NCBI GenBank assembly: GCA_016234115.1
Contig: JACRHD010000018.1
Span: 20,724 to 84,723 of the forward strand
DNA length: 64,000 nt
Direction: 5' to 3'
From: Nitrospirota bacterium
GTDB taxonomy: Bacteria; Nitrospirota; Thermodesulfovibrionia; UBA6902
This document shows, in pieces, positions 1-8,509 of this stretch. Both the position numbers and the translations under genes were made by a program. The notes beneath the pieces were generated by a model. It ran no database searches, was not told the DNA's origin, and saw only the letters and a list, made by a program, of their open reading frames with translations. Every line of letters begins with the position of its first letter. Within the stretch, counting starts at the first letter, position 1.

Positions 1-276
1 GACATAGATGAGCTGCTGGAATGGGCGCAGGTATGGCTGCGGGACCTGGCTGTCTTCAAGGCTACAGGCCGCGCGGACCTGCTCATCAACAGCGACAGGG
101 AAGGCGAGATAAAGGCGCTCGTTCAGGGGGCCGCCCTGAAGGGGATACTCAAATTGGCGCAGGAAATTTATAATATCAGAGTAAACACGCGTTTTAACTT
201 AAACGAAAAACTTACCCGGAATTACACGGGTCTTTTAATAAGGAAAAGGTTGGGAAGACTGAATGCAGGAAAATGA
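1..276 (+). CDS. holB: 3' end of probable DNA polymerase III subunit delta' (5'-truncated by window)
   Basis: Frame 1 is open from base 1 to TGA at 274-276 (ELLEWAQVWLRDLAVFK...FNLNEKL), resembling the HolB C-terminus. holB-ricT-metG is a conserved gene order. Confidence 0.6.
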   Translation, partial: DIDELLEWAQVWLRDLAVFKATGRADLLINSDREGEIKALVQGAALKGILKLAQEIYNIRVNTRFNLNEKLTRNYTGLLIRKRLGRLNAGK

Positions 277-1342
277 TAACGCTTTAGAGTTGGGCGCCGC
301 CTCTGAAACATCCGACAAGACCTCGGTAGTCGGCATACGGTTCAGGGCGTGCGGCAAGGTCTATACATTTGAGGCCGGCGATATTGAGTTGTCGCCGGGA
401 ACAAAGGTTGTTATTGAGTCCGACATGGGATTAAGCGTCGGCACCGTTGCAACATCGAAATATACGGTGGAGCCCCCCCGGGAGCCGTTCAAGAAAGTCA
501 TCAGGGTCGCTTCTGAAAAGGATTTCGAGGCAATCCGGGACAACCGCGCCTTTCAGGATGAAGCGAGGGCGTTTTGTGTCATCCGGGTAAGAGAGCTGAA
601 CCTGCCCATGAAGATAGTTACGACCGAGATCACGCTCGACAGGAAGAGACTGATCTTTTATTTTACGGCGGACGGCAGGATTGATTTCAGGGAGCTCGTG
701 CGGGACCTCGCCTCGAAATTCAAGACCCGCATTGAGATGAGGCAGATAGGGGTGCGGGACGAAGTGAAGCTTTTAGGCGGCATAGGTGTTTGCGGCAGGC
801 AGACGTGCTGCAACCTCTTCCTGACGAATTTTGAGCCGGTCACCATAAAAATGGCAAAGCAGCAGGACCTGTCGATCAACCAGAGCAAGCTCTCCGGGAT
901 CTGCGGCAGGCTTATGTGCTGCCTCGGATACGAATGCAGGGACGGGTGGGACAGGGAAACATCCCGTGAAGAGACCGGGACCGGGGAGGCCTCAGAGACA
1001 GGTCCTGAGGAGGCGGATTCAGGGACCGTCGGCGAAGGCGAAACACGGTTGAGCGCGGACCAGACCTCCTCCGAAGAGGCGCTTGCGGAACGCGGCCGCG
1101 CGGAACAACCACGCAAAGAACAGACCGCAGCCGCTCCCGGAGACAGAGATGCAGGAAGAAGGCATTCAAGGCGGGGCCATCGAAGACATAAAAAGCCCAT
1201 GCAGGACAAACCCGCGCAGGACAGGCCGGTAAATGAAAGACCTCAGCAGAAAGAGGCTGCTCAAAAAACTGAAGGTGAAGAGAAGGGAAAGGCGTTCAAC
1301 CGGCGCAGGAGGTTCTGGAAAAAGAAGAAGACGGAACAATAG
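263..1342 (+). CDS. ricT: PSP1-domain / RicT (YaaT) family regulatory Fe-S protein with long charged C-terminal tail
   Basis: Motifs VGIRF, FYFTADGRIDFRELVRDLA, RIEMRQIGVRDE, GGIGVCGRQTCC, KLSGICGRLMCCL. Confidence 0.9.
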   Translation: MQENDNALELGAASETSDKTSVVGIRFRACGKVYTFEAGDIELSPGTKVVIESDMGLSVGTVATSKYTVEPPREPFKKVIRVASEKDFEAIRDNRAFQDEARAFCVIRVRELNLPMKIVTTEITLDRKRLIFYFTADGRIDFRELVRDLASKFKTRIEMRQIGVRDEVKLLGGIGVCGRQTCCNLFLTNFEPVTIKMAKQQDLSINQSKLSGICGRLMCCLGYECRDGWDRETSREETGTGEASETGPEEADSGTVGEGETRLSADQTSSEEALAERGRAEQPRKEQTAAAPGDRDAGRRHSRRGHRRHKKPMQDKPAQDRPVNERPQQKEAAQKTEGEEKGKAFNRRRRFWKKKKTEQ

Positions 1343-1355
1343 AGGACAGGAGATC

Positions 1356-1440
1356 GTAGTAAGTAGTTAGTAGTTAAGGGGTCCGCTTAGAGAAACTTTC
1401 CCTCCCCTTAACTACTAACTACCTAACTACGTAACTACTA
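1356..1440. repeat. Heptamer-array inverted repeat (TAGTTAG/TAGTAAG arm, CTAACTA arm)
   Basis: gtagtaagtagttagtagttaagggg ... ccccttaactactaactacctaactacgtaactacta, between ricT stop and metG ATG. Confidence 0.9.
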
Positions 1441-1446
1441 ATTTAA

Positions 1447-3516
1447 ATGGAACAAAGACCGGCAAATAAATTTTATATCACCACTCCCATCTACTACGTC
1501 AACGACGTCCCGCACATCGGGCATGCCTACACGACCGTTGCCGCCGACATCCTTTCGCGTTACAACAGATTAAGGGGGAAAGAGGTGTTTTTCCTGACCG
1601 GGACGGATGAGCACGGCCAGAAGGTCGAGAAGGCCGCGCAGGGAAGGGGACTTTCCCCCAAAGAGCATGCCGACCGGATGGTTGAGAATTTCAAGGCCCT
1701 CTGGAGAAAACTGAATATCTCAAATGACGCCTTCATCCGCACTACCGATCCGGAACATATCAAGACTGTGCAGGGACTCATACAGATTCTCTGGGACAAC
1801 GGGGAGATAGAAAAGAGGCAGTACGCCGGATGGTATTGCACCCCTGATGAGCGGTTCTGGACAGAGAAAGCCCTGGTCGGGGGGAACTGCCCTGATTGCG
1901 GACGGCCTGTTGAGCAGATACAGGAGGAGAACTATTTCTTCCTGATGTCGAAGTACCAGGTCAGGCTCATTAAATATATTGAAGACAACCATTCGTACAT
2001 CCTTCCGGACACGCGCAGGAACGAGGTGCTGGGATTTCTAAAGAACAACACCCTTGGAGACCTCTGCATATCGAGGCCGAAGGCGAGACTCGCATGGGGG
2101 ATTCCCTTTCCTTTTGACGAGGCCTTTGTGACTTATGTCTGGTTTGACGCGCTGGTGAACTATTTTTCCGCAACACGCTACCTTGCCCCGCAAAAAGGAG
2201 AGGGTCAGGGGTCAGGGGTCAAGGGTCAGGAAGAACCACTTAACTCGTCACTCGTCACTCGTCACTTGTCACTTGATTGGTGGCCCGCGGACCATCATCT
2301 TGTGGGAAAAGACATCCTGACCACTCACGCCGTCTACTGGTCTACAATGCTCATGGCGCTGAAGTTCCCCCTCCCTCAAAATATCTTTGCCCACGGCTGG
2401 TGGACCGTTGAAGGGAAGAAGATGTCAAAGTCTTTAGGCAATGTTGTGGACCCGAATGAAATGGTCGAAAAGTACGGGGCCGACGCCTTCAGGTATTTCC
2501 TCTTCAGGGAAGTGCCGTTCGGTTTAGACGGTAATTTCTCCGAAGAGGCCTTGGTGAACCGGATCAATACCGACCTCGCCAACGACCTCGGGAATTTGCT
2601 GAGCCGTACATTGACGATGATTGAAAAATACAGAAACGGCAAAATTCCTGCACCGGTAGACAGTAAAGACCGTGATGGACTGGAAAAGAGAATTAAGGCA
2701 TGGTTCGCTGCTGATTCAACAACTTCGATTTACAGGAGTTATGATGAATTCTTGAGACAACTGCAATTTAATAATGCACTCGCGCAGTTATGGAAAATTA
2801 TTGGTGAATTAAATGAATACATCGCTTCCTCAGAGCCGTGGAAAGTAAAAGATGAGGAGATGCTTTCCAATATACTTTTTACTCTTGCCGAATCACTTCG
2901 GCTTATTGCGGCTTATATTTATCCTTTCATGCCCTCCGCGGCTAATGCCGTTTGGGAACAACTCGGTATAAGGAAAGAAATAGGAGACATCAAGTTGGAT
3001 GACATTGCGAAGTGGGGTGGCCTGGCGCCCGAAACGAAAATAGAAAAAGGAAAACCGCTTTTTCCAAGGATAGATTTGAAAAAGGAAACATCTGTTGAAA
3101 AAATCCCCCTTGCTCCCCCTTTGACAAAGGGGTATTTAAAGGGTTCCCCCCCGTTGAAAAAGGGGGGTGAGGGGGGATTTTTTGATACAGACAATCTTAT
3201 CGCCATAGAAGACTTTGCAAAGGTGCAACTGAAAATAGGTAAAGTCCTTCAGGCGGAGCGTGTGCCCAAGTCGAACAAACTCATCAAACTTCAGGTCGAT
3301 ACCGGCGAGACCAGACAGGTGGTCGCGGGGATCGGGCAGGTGTATGCGCCTGAAGCTTTGATCGGCAAGAGTATCGTTGTCTTGACGAATTTAAAACCCG
3401 CAAAGCTCATGGGAGTCGAGTCGCAGGGCATGCTCCTTGCGGCAACGGACAGCGAAGGGGCGCTGTCGATTCTTGTTCCGGAGAAGGATGTGAAAGAAGG
3501 GGCGAAGATAAAATAG
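1447..3516 (+). CDS. metG: Methionine--tRNA ligase with C-terminal tRNA-binding (Trbp111-like) domain; carries two repeat-derived inserts
   Basis: PHIGH and KMSKS motifs, Zn knuckle CPDC, C-terminal LKPAKLMGVESQGMLLAA. Confidence 0.98.
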   Translation: MEQRPANKFYITTPIYYVNDVPHIGHAYTTVAADILSRYNRLRGKEVFFLTGTDEHGQKVEKAAQGRGLSPKEHADRMVENFKALWRKLNISNDAFIRTTDPEHIKTVQGLIQILWDNGEIEKRQYAGWYCTPDERFWTEKALVGGNCPDCGRPVEQIQEENYFFLMSKYQVRLIKYIEDNHSYILPDTRRNEVLGFLKNNTLGDLCISRPKARLAWGIPFPFDEAFVTYVWFDALVNYFSATRYLAPQKGEGQGSGVKGQEEPLNSSLVTRHLSLDWWPADHHLVGKDILTTHAVYWSTMLMALKFPLPQNIFAHGWWTVEGKKMSKSLGNVVDPNEMVEKYGADAFRYFLFREVPFGLDGNFSEEALVNRINTDLANDLGNLLSRTLTMIEKYRNGKIPAPVDSKDRDGLEKRIKAWFAADSTTSIYRSYDEFLRQLQFNNALAQLWKIIGELNEYIASSEPWKVKDEEMLSNILFTLAESLRLIAAYIYPFMPSAANAVWEQLGIRKEIGDIKLDDIAKWGGLAPETKIEKGKPLFPRIDLKKETSVEKIPLAPPLTKGYLKGSPPLKKGGEGGFFDTDNLIAIEDFAKVQLKIGKVLQAERVPKSNKLIKLQVDTGETRQVVAGIGQVYAPEALIGKSIVVLTNLKPAKLMGVESQGMLLAATDSEGALSILVPEKDVKEGAKIK
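2201..2275. repeat. In-frame heptamer arrays within metG (RGGGTCA x4, then ACTCGTC/ACTTGTC x4)
   Basis: Encodes EGQGSGVKGQEEPLNSSLVTRHLSL between YFSATRYL and WWPADHHLVGKDI. Confidence 0.9.
3100..3182. repeat. Double-hairpin CCCC..GGGG palindrome, in frame in the metG linker
   Basis: aaatcccc-[cccctttgacaaagggg]-[ccccccgttgaaaaagggggg]-ggggattt. Same architecture at 47474-47553; related copies at 54981-55050, 17881-17910 and 5611-5635. Confidence 0.85.
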
Positions 3517-3533
3517 AACAGGGCGTTGGCTTT

Positions 3534-3604
3534 GTAGCGTTGGGGTTTATCCCCGACGTTTATACCCAATAAGGATCGCCCCCAGTAAATGAGGGCGCTA
3601 CTAC
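3534..3604. repeat. REPIN-like doublet of GTAG-type REP hairpins
   Basis: GTAGcgttggggtttatccccgacg ... cgcccccagtaaatgagggcgctaCTAC: two hairpins with terminal GTAG/CTAC. Confidence 0.65.
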
Positions 3605-3620
3605 AAAAAAGGAAATTAGA

Positions 3621-4067
3621 ATGTCTGCGAAAGTTATCTCCATCAACATAAGCGACAAAAAAGGCGTGAGGAAGAAGGCCGTTGAGACGGCGCTGTTGAG
3701 GGAGAATTACGGGATTGAAAACGACGCGCACGCCTCCGAGACATGGCACAGGCAGGTGAGCCTCCTTGCTCTTGAAAGCATTGACAAGATGCGGGCAATG
3801 GGGCTGAAAGTCGGCCCCGGAGATTTCGCTGAGAATATTACTACTGAAGGCATTGATCTCGTAGTCCTTCCGGTGGGCACTAAAATGACTATCGGTGCGA
3901 AAGTAGAAGCGGAGGTCAGCCAGATCGGCAAGGTATGTCATACGCGCTGTGCTATTTATCATCAGGCAGGCGATTGCGTAATGCCGAAAGAAGGGATCTT
4001 CGTCAAGGTCCTCAAAGGCGGGACGATAAAAGCAGGAGACGAGATAAAAGTAGTTGGTAGCAAGTAG
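3621..4067 (+). CDS. MOSC domain-containing protein
   Basis: GIENDAHA, RQVSLL, PGDFAENITT, QIGKVCH, CVMPKEGIFVKVLKGG. Confidence 0.9.
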   Translation: MSAKVISINISDKKGVRKKAVETALLRENYGIENDAHASETWHRQVSLLALESIDKMRAMGLKVGPGDFAENITTEGIDLVVLPVGTKMTIGAKVEAEVSQIGKVCHTRCAIYHQAGDCVMPKEGIFVKVLKGGTIKAGDEIKVVGSK

Positions 4068-4142
4068 TTAGTAGCTAAGGGAAGGAGGCTTATCCAGTCT
4101 TATTTTTCCCCCCTAACTACTAACTACTTGCTACTAACTACT
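4050..4142. repeat. Heptamer-array inverted repeat (TAGTTGG/TAGCAAG/TAGTTAG) overlapping the MOSC stop codon
   Basis: gtagttggtagcaagtagttagtagctaaggg ... ccctaactactaactacttgctactaactac. Confidence 0.9.
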
Positions 4143-4150
4143 GTACTTTT

Positions 4151-4642
4151 ATGATAACCGTGGCAATCCTTACATTAAGCGATAAAGGCTCAAAGGGTGA
4201 GCGGGTGGATGCGAGCGGTCCGGCAATAGAGAAAATGATGAAAAAGATGGATGCAAAGGTCGTCAGTTGTGATATTCTCCCTGATGAAAAGGCCTTGATT
4301 AAGAAGAAGCTTCTTTCCTTGTGCAATAAAGTGGACCTGGTTTTGACCACCGGCGGCACCGGTCTGTCTCCGAGGGATGTAACGCCTGATGCCACGATGG
4401 AAGTTATTGAACGTGAGATACCAGGGATAGCGGAAGCCATGCGGTCTGAGGGACTGAAGAAGACACCTTTTGCCATGCTTTCAAGGGCGGTTGCCGGGGT
4501 AAGGGGAAAGACCCTCATTATCAACCTGCCGGGGAGTCCGAAGGCGGTCTGGGAAAATCTCGCTGCAATACTCGATGTGCTGCCGCATGCAGTTGAGAAG
4601 ATAAAGGGAAGCCAAAAAGACTGTGGGTGTAGTAATATATAA
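4151..4642 (+). CDS. mogA: Molybdopterin adenylyltransferase, MogA/MoaB family
   Basis: LTLSDKGSKG, DASGPAI, TTGGTGLSPRDVTPDAT, INLPGSPKAV. Confidence 0.9.
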   Translation: MITVAILTLSDKGSKGERVDASGPAIEKMMKKMDAKVVSCDILPDEKALIKKKLLSLCNKVDLVLTTGGTGLSPRDVTPDATMEVIEREIPGIAEAMRSEGLKKTPFAMLSRAVAGVRGKTLIINLPGSPKAVWENLAAILDVLPHAVEKIKGSQKDCGCSNI

Positions 4643-4713
4643 AGTTAAGAGTTTAGAGTTTGGAGTTTAGTAACGACTTTTTCCAGACTCTTAACTCTAT
4701 ACTCCAAACTCTG
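4642..4713. repeat. Heptamer-array inverted repeat (GAGTTTA/GAGTTTG)
   Basis: aagttaagagtttagagtttggagtttag ... agactcttaactctatactccaaactct. Confidence 0.85.
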
Positions 4714-4721
4714 TTTTTATT

Positions 4722-5462
4722 ATGTCAAACGTCGGATACATAGGCGCGTTTTTGGGCGGGGTGCTCTCGTTTCTGTCGCCGTGCGTGCTGCCGCTTATTC
4801 CCTCGTATGTCTCATACATCACCGGGATATCTTTTGAAGATTTCAAGACCGGGGATAAGGCGTTAATAAGAAGGCTGACCCTTGTAAATTCCTCAGCCTT
4901 TGTCGCCGGCTTCTCCACGGTCTTCATTCTGTTAGGCATATCGTCTTCCTATATAGGGGCCCTCTTCTCGGTTTATTACGACCAGATAAGGATCATCGGC
5001 GGGATAATAATTATTGTCTTCGGCCTCTACGTTATGGGTGTTCTTAAACTGAACTTCCTTATGGCGGACAAACGGGTGCATCTCAAGTCCAAGCCGAGGG
5101 GGGTTTTGGGTTCCCTCGTTGTCGGGCTCACCTTCGGCGCGGGCTGGACGCCGTGCATAGGCCCGATATTAGGTTCAATCCTGCTTATCGCGGGCACAGC
5201 GGGCTCGGCCATGTACGGTTTTAAACTGTTGCTTGTTTATTCCCTGGGACTTGCGATCCCGTTTATCACCACGTCTCTTCTGATCAATATCTTCCTCAGC
5301 CACTTCAGCGCCATCCAGAAATATATGAGAATAATTATGATCGCAAGCGGACTGCTGCTCATCTCTTTCGGGATAATCCTTCTTACCGATTCGGTGCACA
5401 TACTTTTAAGCGTTGCGCCTGATCTGGGGGTTGAAGAGATGATCAGCACTCATCCAAAGTAA
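4722..5462 (+). CDS. ccdA: Cytochrome c biogenesis thiol-disulfide transporter CcdA
   Basis: SFLSPCVLPLIP and GWTPCIGPIL cysteine motifs, six hydrophobic segments. Confidence 0.92.
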   Translation: MSNVGYIGAFLGGVLSFLSPCVLPLIPSYVSYITGISFEDFKTGDKALIRRLTLVNSSAFVAGFSTVFILLGISSSYIGALFSVYYDQIRIIGGIIIIVFGLYVMGVLKLNFLMADKRVHLKSKPRGVLGSLVVGLTFGAGWTPCIGPILGSILLIAGTAGSAMYGFKLLLVYSLGLAIPFITTSLLINIFLSHFSAIQKYMRIIMIASGLLLISFGIILLTDSVHILLSVAPDLGVEEMISTHPK

Positions 5463-5652
5463 CGTAAAAAATCGCCACAGAGAACACAGAGAAAATTCCT
5501 TACAAAAGATATCATTGCATTGCAAGTCGCGGCCCCTGTCGGAATGCGTGATCTGGCCTACACATTTCAAAGTTTTGTTGAAACCTATTTTACCGTATGA
5601 AATGTGTAGTCCCCCCCCCGCCAAGGGGGAGGGAAACATCGGAGAAGAGTTT

Positions 5653-6816
5653 CTACACAGTCTTTATATCCTGGTCCTCCACCGCAAACCCGTTTTTGCG
5701 CATGAAGGTCGGGACGTCGAGATAGCCTTCGTCATTCGCCTTCAGCGTTTCTTTTGAAAGGACCCTGTACGATCCCTTCAGACTGATATCGCTTGCAGCA
5801 GCAGGTTTCCACTTATCGAGCGTAGGCATGACGGCCTTCGGCTTTTCCTCGAAGCCGGTGGCGATTACGGTGACCGTTATCCTGTCGTCGAGGTCCTGGT
5901 CGATTACAGAGCCGAATATTATCTCTGCGTCGTCGTGCACGGCGTCCCTGATAAGGCTTGCCGCTTCGTTGACCTCGTGAAAGGAGAGGGAGGAACCTCC
6001 AGTGATGTTTATCAAAACGCCTTTGGCGCCATCAATGGAGGTTTCCTCCAACAGGGGGCTTGTGATTGCCATCTTGGCGGCAAGGGTCGCCCGGTCTTCG
6101 CCGTTTGCGCTTCCGATGCCTATGAGCGACCTGCCGCTGTTTGCCAGGATGGTCTTTATGTTTGCAAAGTCGTGATTGATGAGTCCGGGTACCAGGATCA
6201 AATCCGAGATGCCCCTTACCGACTGCCTCAGTACGTCATTGGCCAGGTTGAGGGCCTGAAGCCATGTTGTGTCCTTGTCCGAAATATTCAGCAGTCTCTG
6301 GTTATGAACGACGATAATAGAATCAACGTGCTTCTGGAGCTCTTTTATCCCCTGCTCCGCATGCTTCGCCCTTTTGTTGCCTTCAAAAAGAAACGGCTTC
6401 GTAACGACCGCTGTCGTAAGCACGCCTAATTCCCTTGCGATCTCGGCAACGACCGGGGACGCCCCGGTGCCGGTCCCTCCGCCCATACCCGCTGTAATAA
6501 ATATCATGTCCGCGCCCCTGAGCGCGTCTTCGATCAGGACACGGTCTTCCATTGCCGCGTCCCTGCCTATCTCCGGCCTTGCCCCTGAGCCCAGTCCCTT
6601 GGTCAGTGAATTGCCTATCTGAACTTTCTGGTGGGCCAGGGAAAGTTCAAGCGCCTGGGAGTCCGTATTGACGGCGATAAACTCCACCCCCTGCAGATTG
6701 GAAGCGATCATGCTGTTGACGGCATTGCTTCCCCCTCCGCCCACACCCACGATCTTGATCTTAGCTGGGTTGTTAGTGTAATTGTTCTGTACCTCTTCAA
6801 GCTCAAAAATTTTCAT
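5653..6816 (-). CDS. ftsZ: Cell division protein FtsZ
   Basis: GVGGGGSNAV, GMGGGTGTGA tubulin signature, C-terminal LDVPTFMRK. Confidence 0.99.
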   Translation of the reverse strand: MKIFELEEVQNNYTNNPAKIKIVGVGGGGSNAVNSMIASNLQGVEFIAVNTDSQALELSLAHQKVQIGNSLTKGLGSGARPEIGRDAAMEDRVLIEDALRGADMIFITAGMGGGTGTGASPVVAEIARELGVLTTAVVTKPFLFEGNKRAKHAEQGIKELQKHVDSIIVVHNQRLLNISDKDTTWLQALNLANDVLRQSVRGISDLILVPGLINHDFANIKTILANSGRSLIGIGSANGEDRATLAAKMAITSPLLEETSIDGAKGVLINITGGSSLSFHEVNEAASLIRDAVHDDAEIIFGSVIDQDLDDRITVTVIATGFEEKPKAVMPTLDKWKPAAASDISLKGSYRVLSKETLKANDEGYLDVPTFMRKNGFAVEDQDIKTV

Positions 6817-6911
6817 ATAGTTCTCCTTTCTTAAAAATGTTTATTTAATTGTTTCTTTTCTGATTTTTTTTTTACTAATGAGGTCATAATTAAAGACACA
6901 TGAATTGGTCC

Positions 6912-7052
6912 GTCATGCCCGAAGCCTGCCCTCGAATGTCTTAGTCGGGGGTTCTTAATCGGGCATCCACCCTTCGACAGGCTCAGGGTGACAAGCTTGT
7001 CATGGTGAGCCTGTCGAACCATGGATTCCCGCTTACTGACTGCGGGAATGAC
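6912..7052. repeat. Nested palindromic element: GTCATGCCC..GGGCATCC / GGATTCCC..GGGAATGAC outer element with a CTTCGACAGGCTCA inner element
   Basis: Outer arms match 11254-11318. Inner 6970-7023 is the reverse complement of 50531-50584 at 50/54 nt. Confidence 0.85.
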
Positions 7053-7098
7053 AACTAATATGTCGTTAGTTATGAGCTCCATAGTCGATGACAACCAG

Positions 7099-7131
7099 TA
7101 TCTTGAATTTTCAATCTTAAATTTAAAATTC
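7099..7131. repeat. Degenerate heptamer half-array (AAATTTA/AAATTCA-like) at the ftsA stop
   Basis: tcttgaattttcaatcttaaatttaaaattc. Confidence 0.55.
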
Positions 7132-8410
7132 ATCCCTTGAACCATCCGCTCATCCTCGACTTGATTCCATGAAATATACCGCCGTCGTTCAGTCCCTGCT
7201 CCGCAATATACGCGTCCGCCTCCCGAAGCGCCAGTCCGATCCCCGCCGAATATGAAGGGTCGCCGATTATGTCCGGCTCTCCCTCAATCCCTGACGGGGC
7301 CGCTATCCGGACAGGGAGATCGAGTATGTTCTCAGCCATAATATCCATGCCCTGCATCATGACCGTCCCGCCTGTCAGTACCACGCCCGAGTTCAGCAGG
7401 CTGTGAAGGCCCTTGCCGGTTATCTCCTCTCTTATGAGAGTGAACAATTCTTCTGCGCGGGGCTGCAGAATTTCAACGAGATGCGTCCTCGGCATCGTTT
7501 TGCCCGGCCTTCCTTCGCTGTTGCCTATTTGAAGCTCGTCTCCCGCATTAATCAGTGAGAGCATTGTGCAGCCGTGTTCCCTTTTTACCTGCTCTGCTTC
7601 CTGGAAAGGGAGCCTCAAGCCTATCGCAACGTCATTCGTAAAATTGCCGCCTCCCACCGACAGCACCGAAAAATGGGACATCTGTCCCTCCCGGAAAAGG
7701 GCGATATCAGTCGTTCCGCCGCCGATATCTATAAGCGCGACGCCGATGTCTTTCTCGTCGGGCGTAAGGACGGCTTCGGCAGTTGCAACAGGCTGGAATA
7801 CGACATCGGAGACCTCAAGCCCCGCCTTTTCACAGCACTTGACCAGGTTCTGTATCGATGACGCGGAGCCGGTAATAATCTGCGCCTTTGCCTCGAGCCT
7901 CACCCCTGCCATCCCGCGGGGGTCGGTTATGCCTCCATGTCCGTTTATGATAAATTCGGACGGGACCACATGGAGTATCTCCCTGTCAAACGGGGTAGCA
8001 ACGGCCCTTGCGGCGTCGATGACCATATCGACGTCTCTTTGACCTATCTCCTTTTCCTTGACCGCGATGACGCCCTGACTTGAAATAAAGCCGACGTGAC
8101 TGCCTGTAATACCAACACTCACGGTTTTTATGTCGATTCCCGTTGCCTCTTCGGCCCTCCGCACGGCCTCCCTGATCGAATCCACCGCCTGCTCGATGTT
8201 GATGACGACGCCTTTTTTGATGCCCTTTGAAGGCGCATATCCCGCGCCGATGATACTGACACTCCGGTTTACGGATCGCCCGTTTGCGCCTGATTGTTTG
8301 AGAAGGCGGACCTCCGCCGCAATGGCGCATACCCTCGAAGAGCCGACATCGAGCCCCACGACGAGCCTGCTGTTTTTTACCGCTACATCTTTGATAAATC
8401 CGAATAGCAT
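7130..8410 (-). CDS. ftsA: Cell division protein FtsA
   Basis: VVGLDVGSS, KGIKKGVVINIEQA, DIGGGTTDIA, VLTGG. Confidence 0.97.
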   Translation of the reverse strand: MLFGFIKDVAVKNSRLVVGLDVGSSRVCAIAAEVRLLKQSGANGRSVNRSVSIIGAGYAPSKGIKKGVVINIEQAVDSIREAVRRAEEATGIDIKTVSVGITGSHVGFISSQGVIAVKEKEIGQRDVDMVIDAARAVATPFDREILHVVPSEFIINGHGGITDPRGMAGVRLEAKAQIITGSASSIQNLVKCCEKAGLEVSDVVFQPVATAEAVLTPDEKDIGVALIDIGGGTTDIALFREGQMSHFSVLSVGGGNFTNDVAIGLRLPFQEAEQVKREHGCTMLSLINAGDELQIGNSEGRPGKTMPRTHLVEILQPRAEELFTLIREEITGKGLHSLLNSGVVLTGGTVMMQGMDIMAENILDLPVRIAAPSGIEGEPDIIGDPSYSAGIGLALREADAYIAEQGLNDGGIFHGIKSRMSGWFKG

Positions 8411-8427
8411 AATATAATTCTTTTCCT

Positions 8428-8493
8428 ATCCACAGATTACACAGATTATCACAGATTTTTTAAGGATTTTTTTAATCTGCGAAATCTGTGGAT
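8428..8493. repeat. Nonamer-array inverted repeat (CACAGATTA)
   Basis: atccacagattacacagattatcacagatt ... aatctgcgaaatctgtggat. Confidence 0.85.
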
Positions 8494-8509
8494 CATCCTT
8501 TTTATTCTC

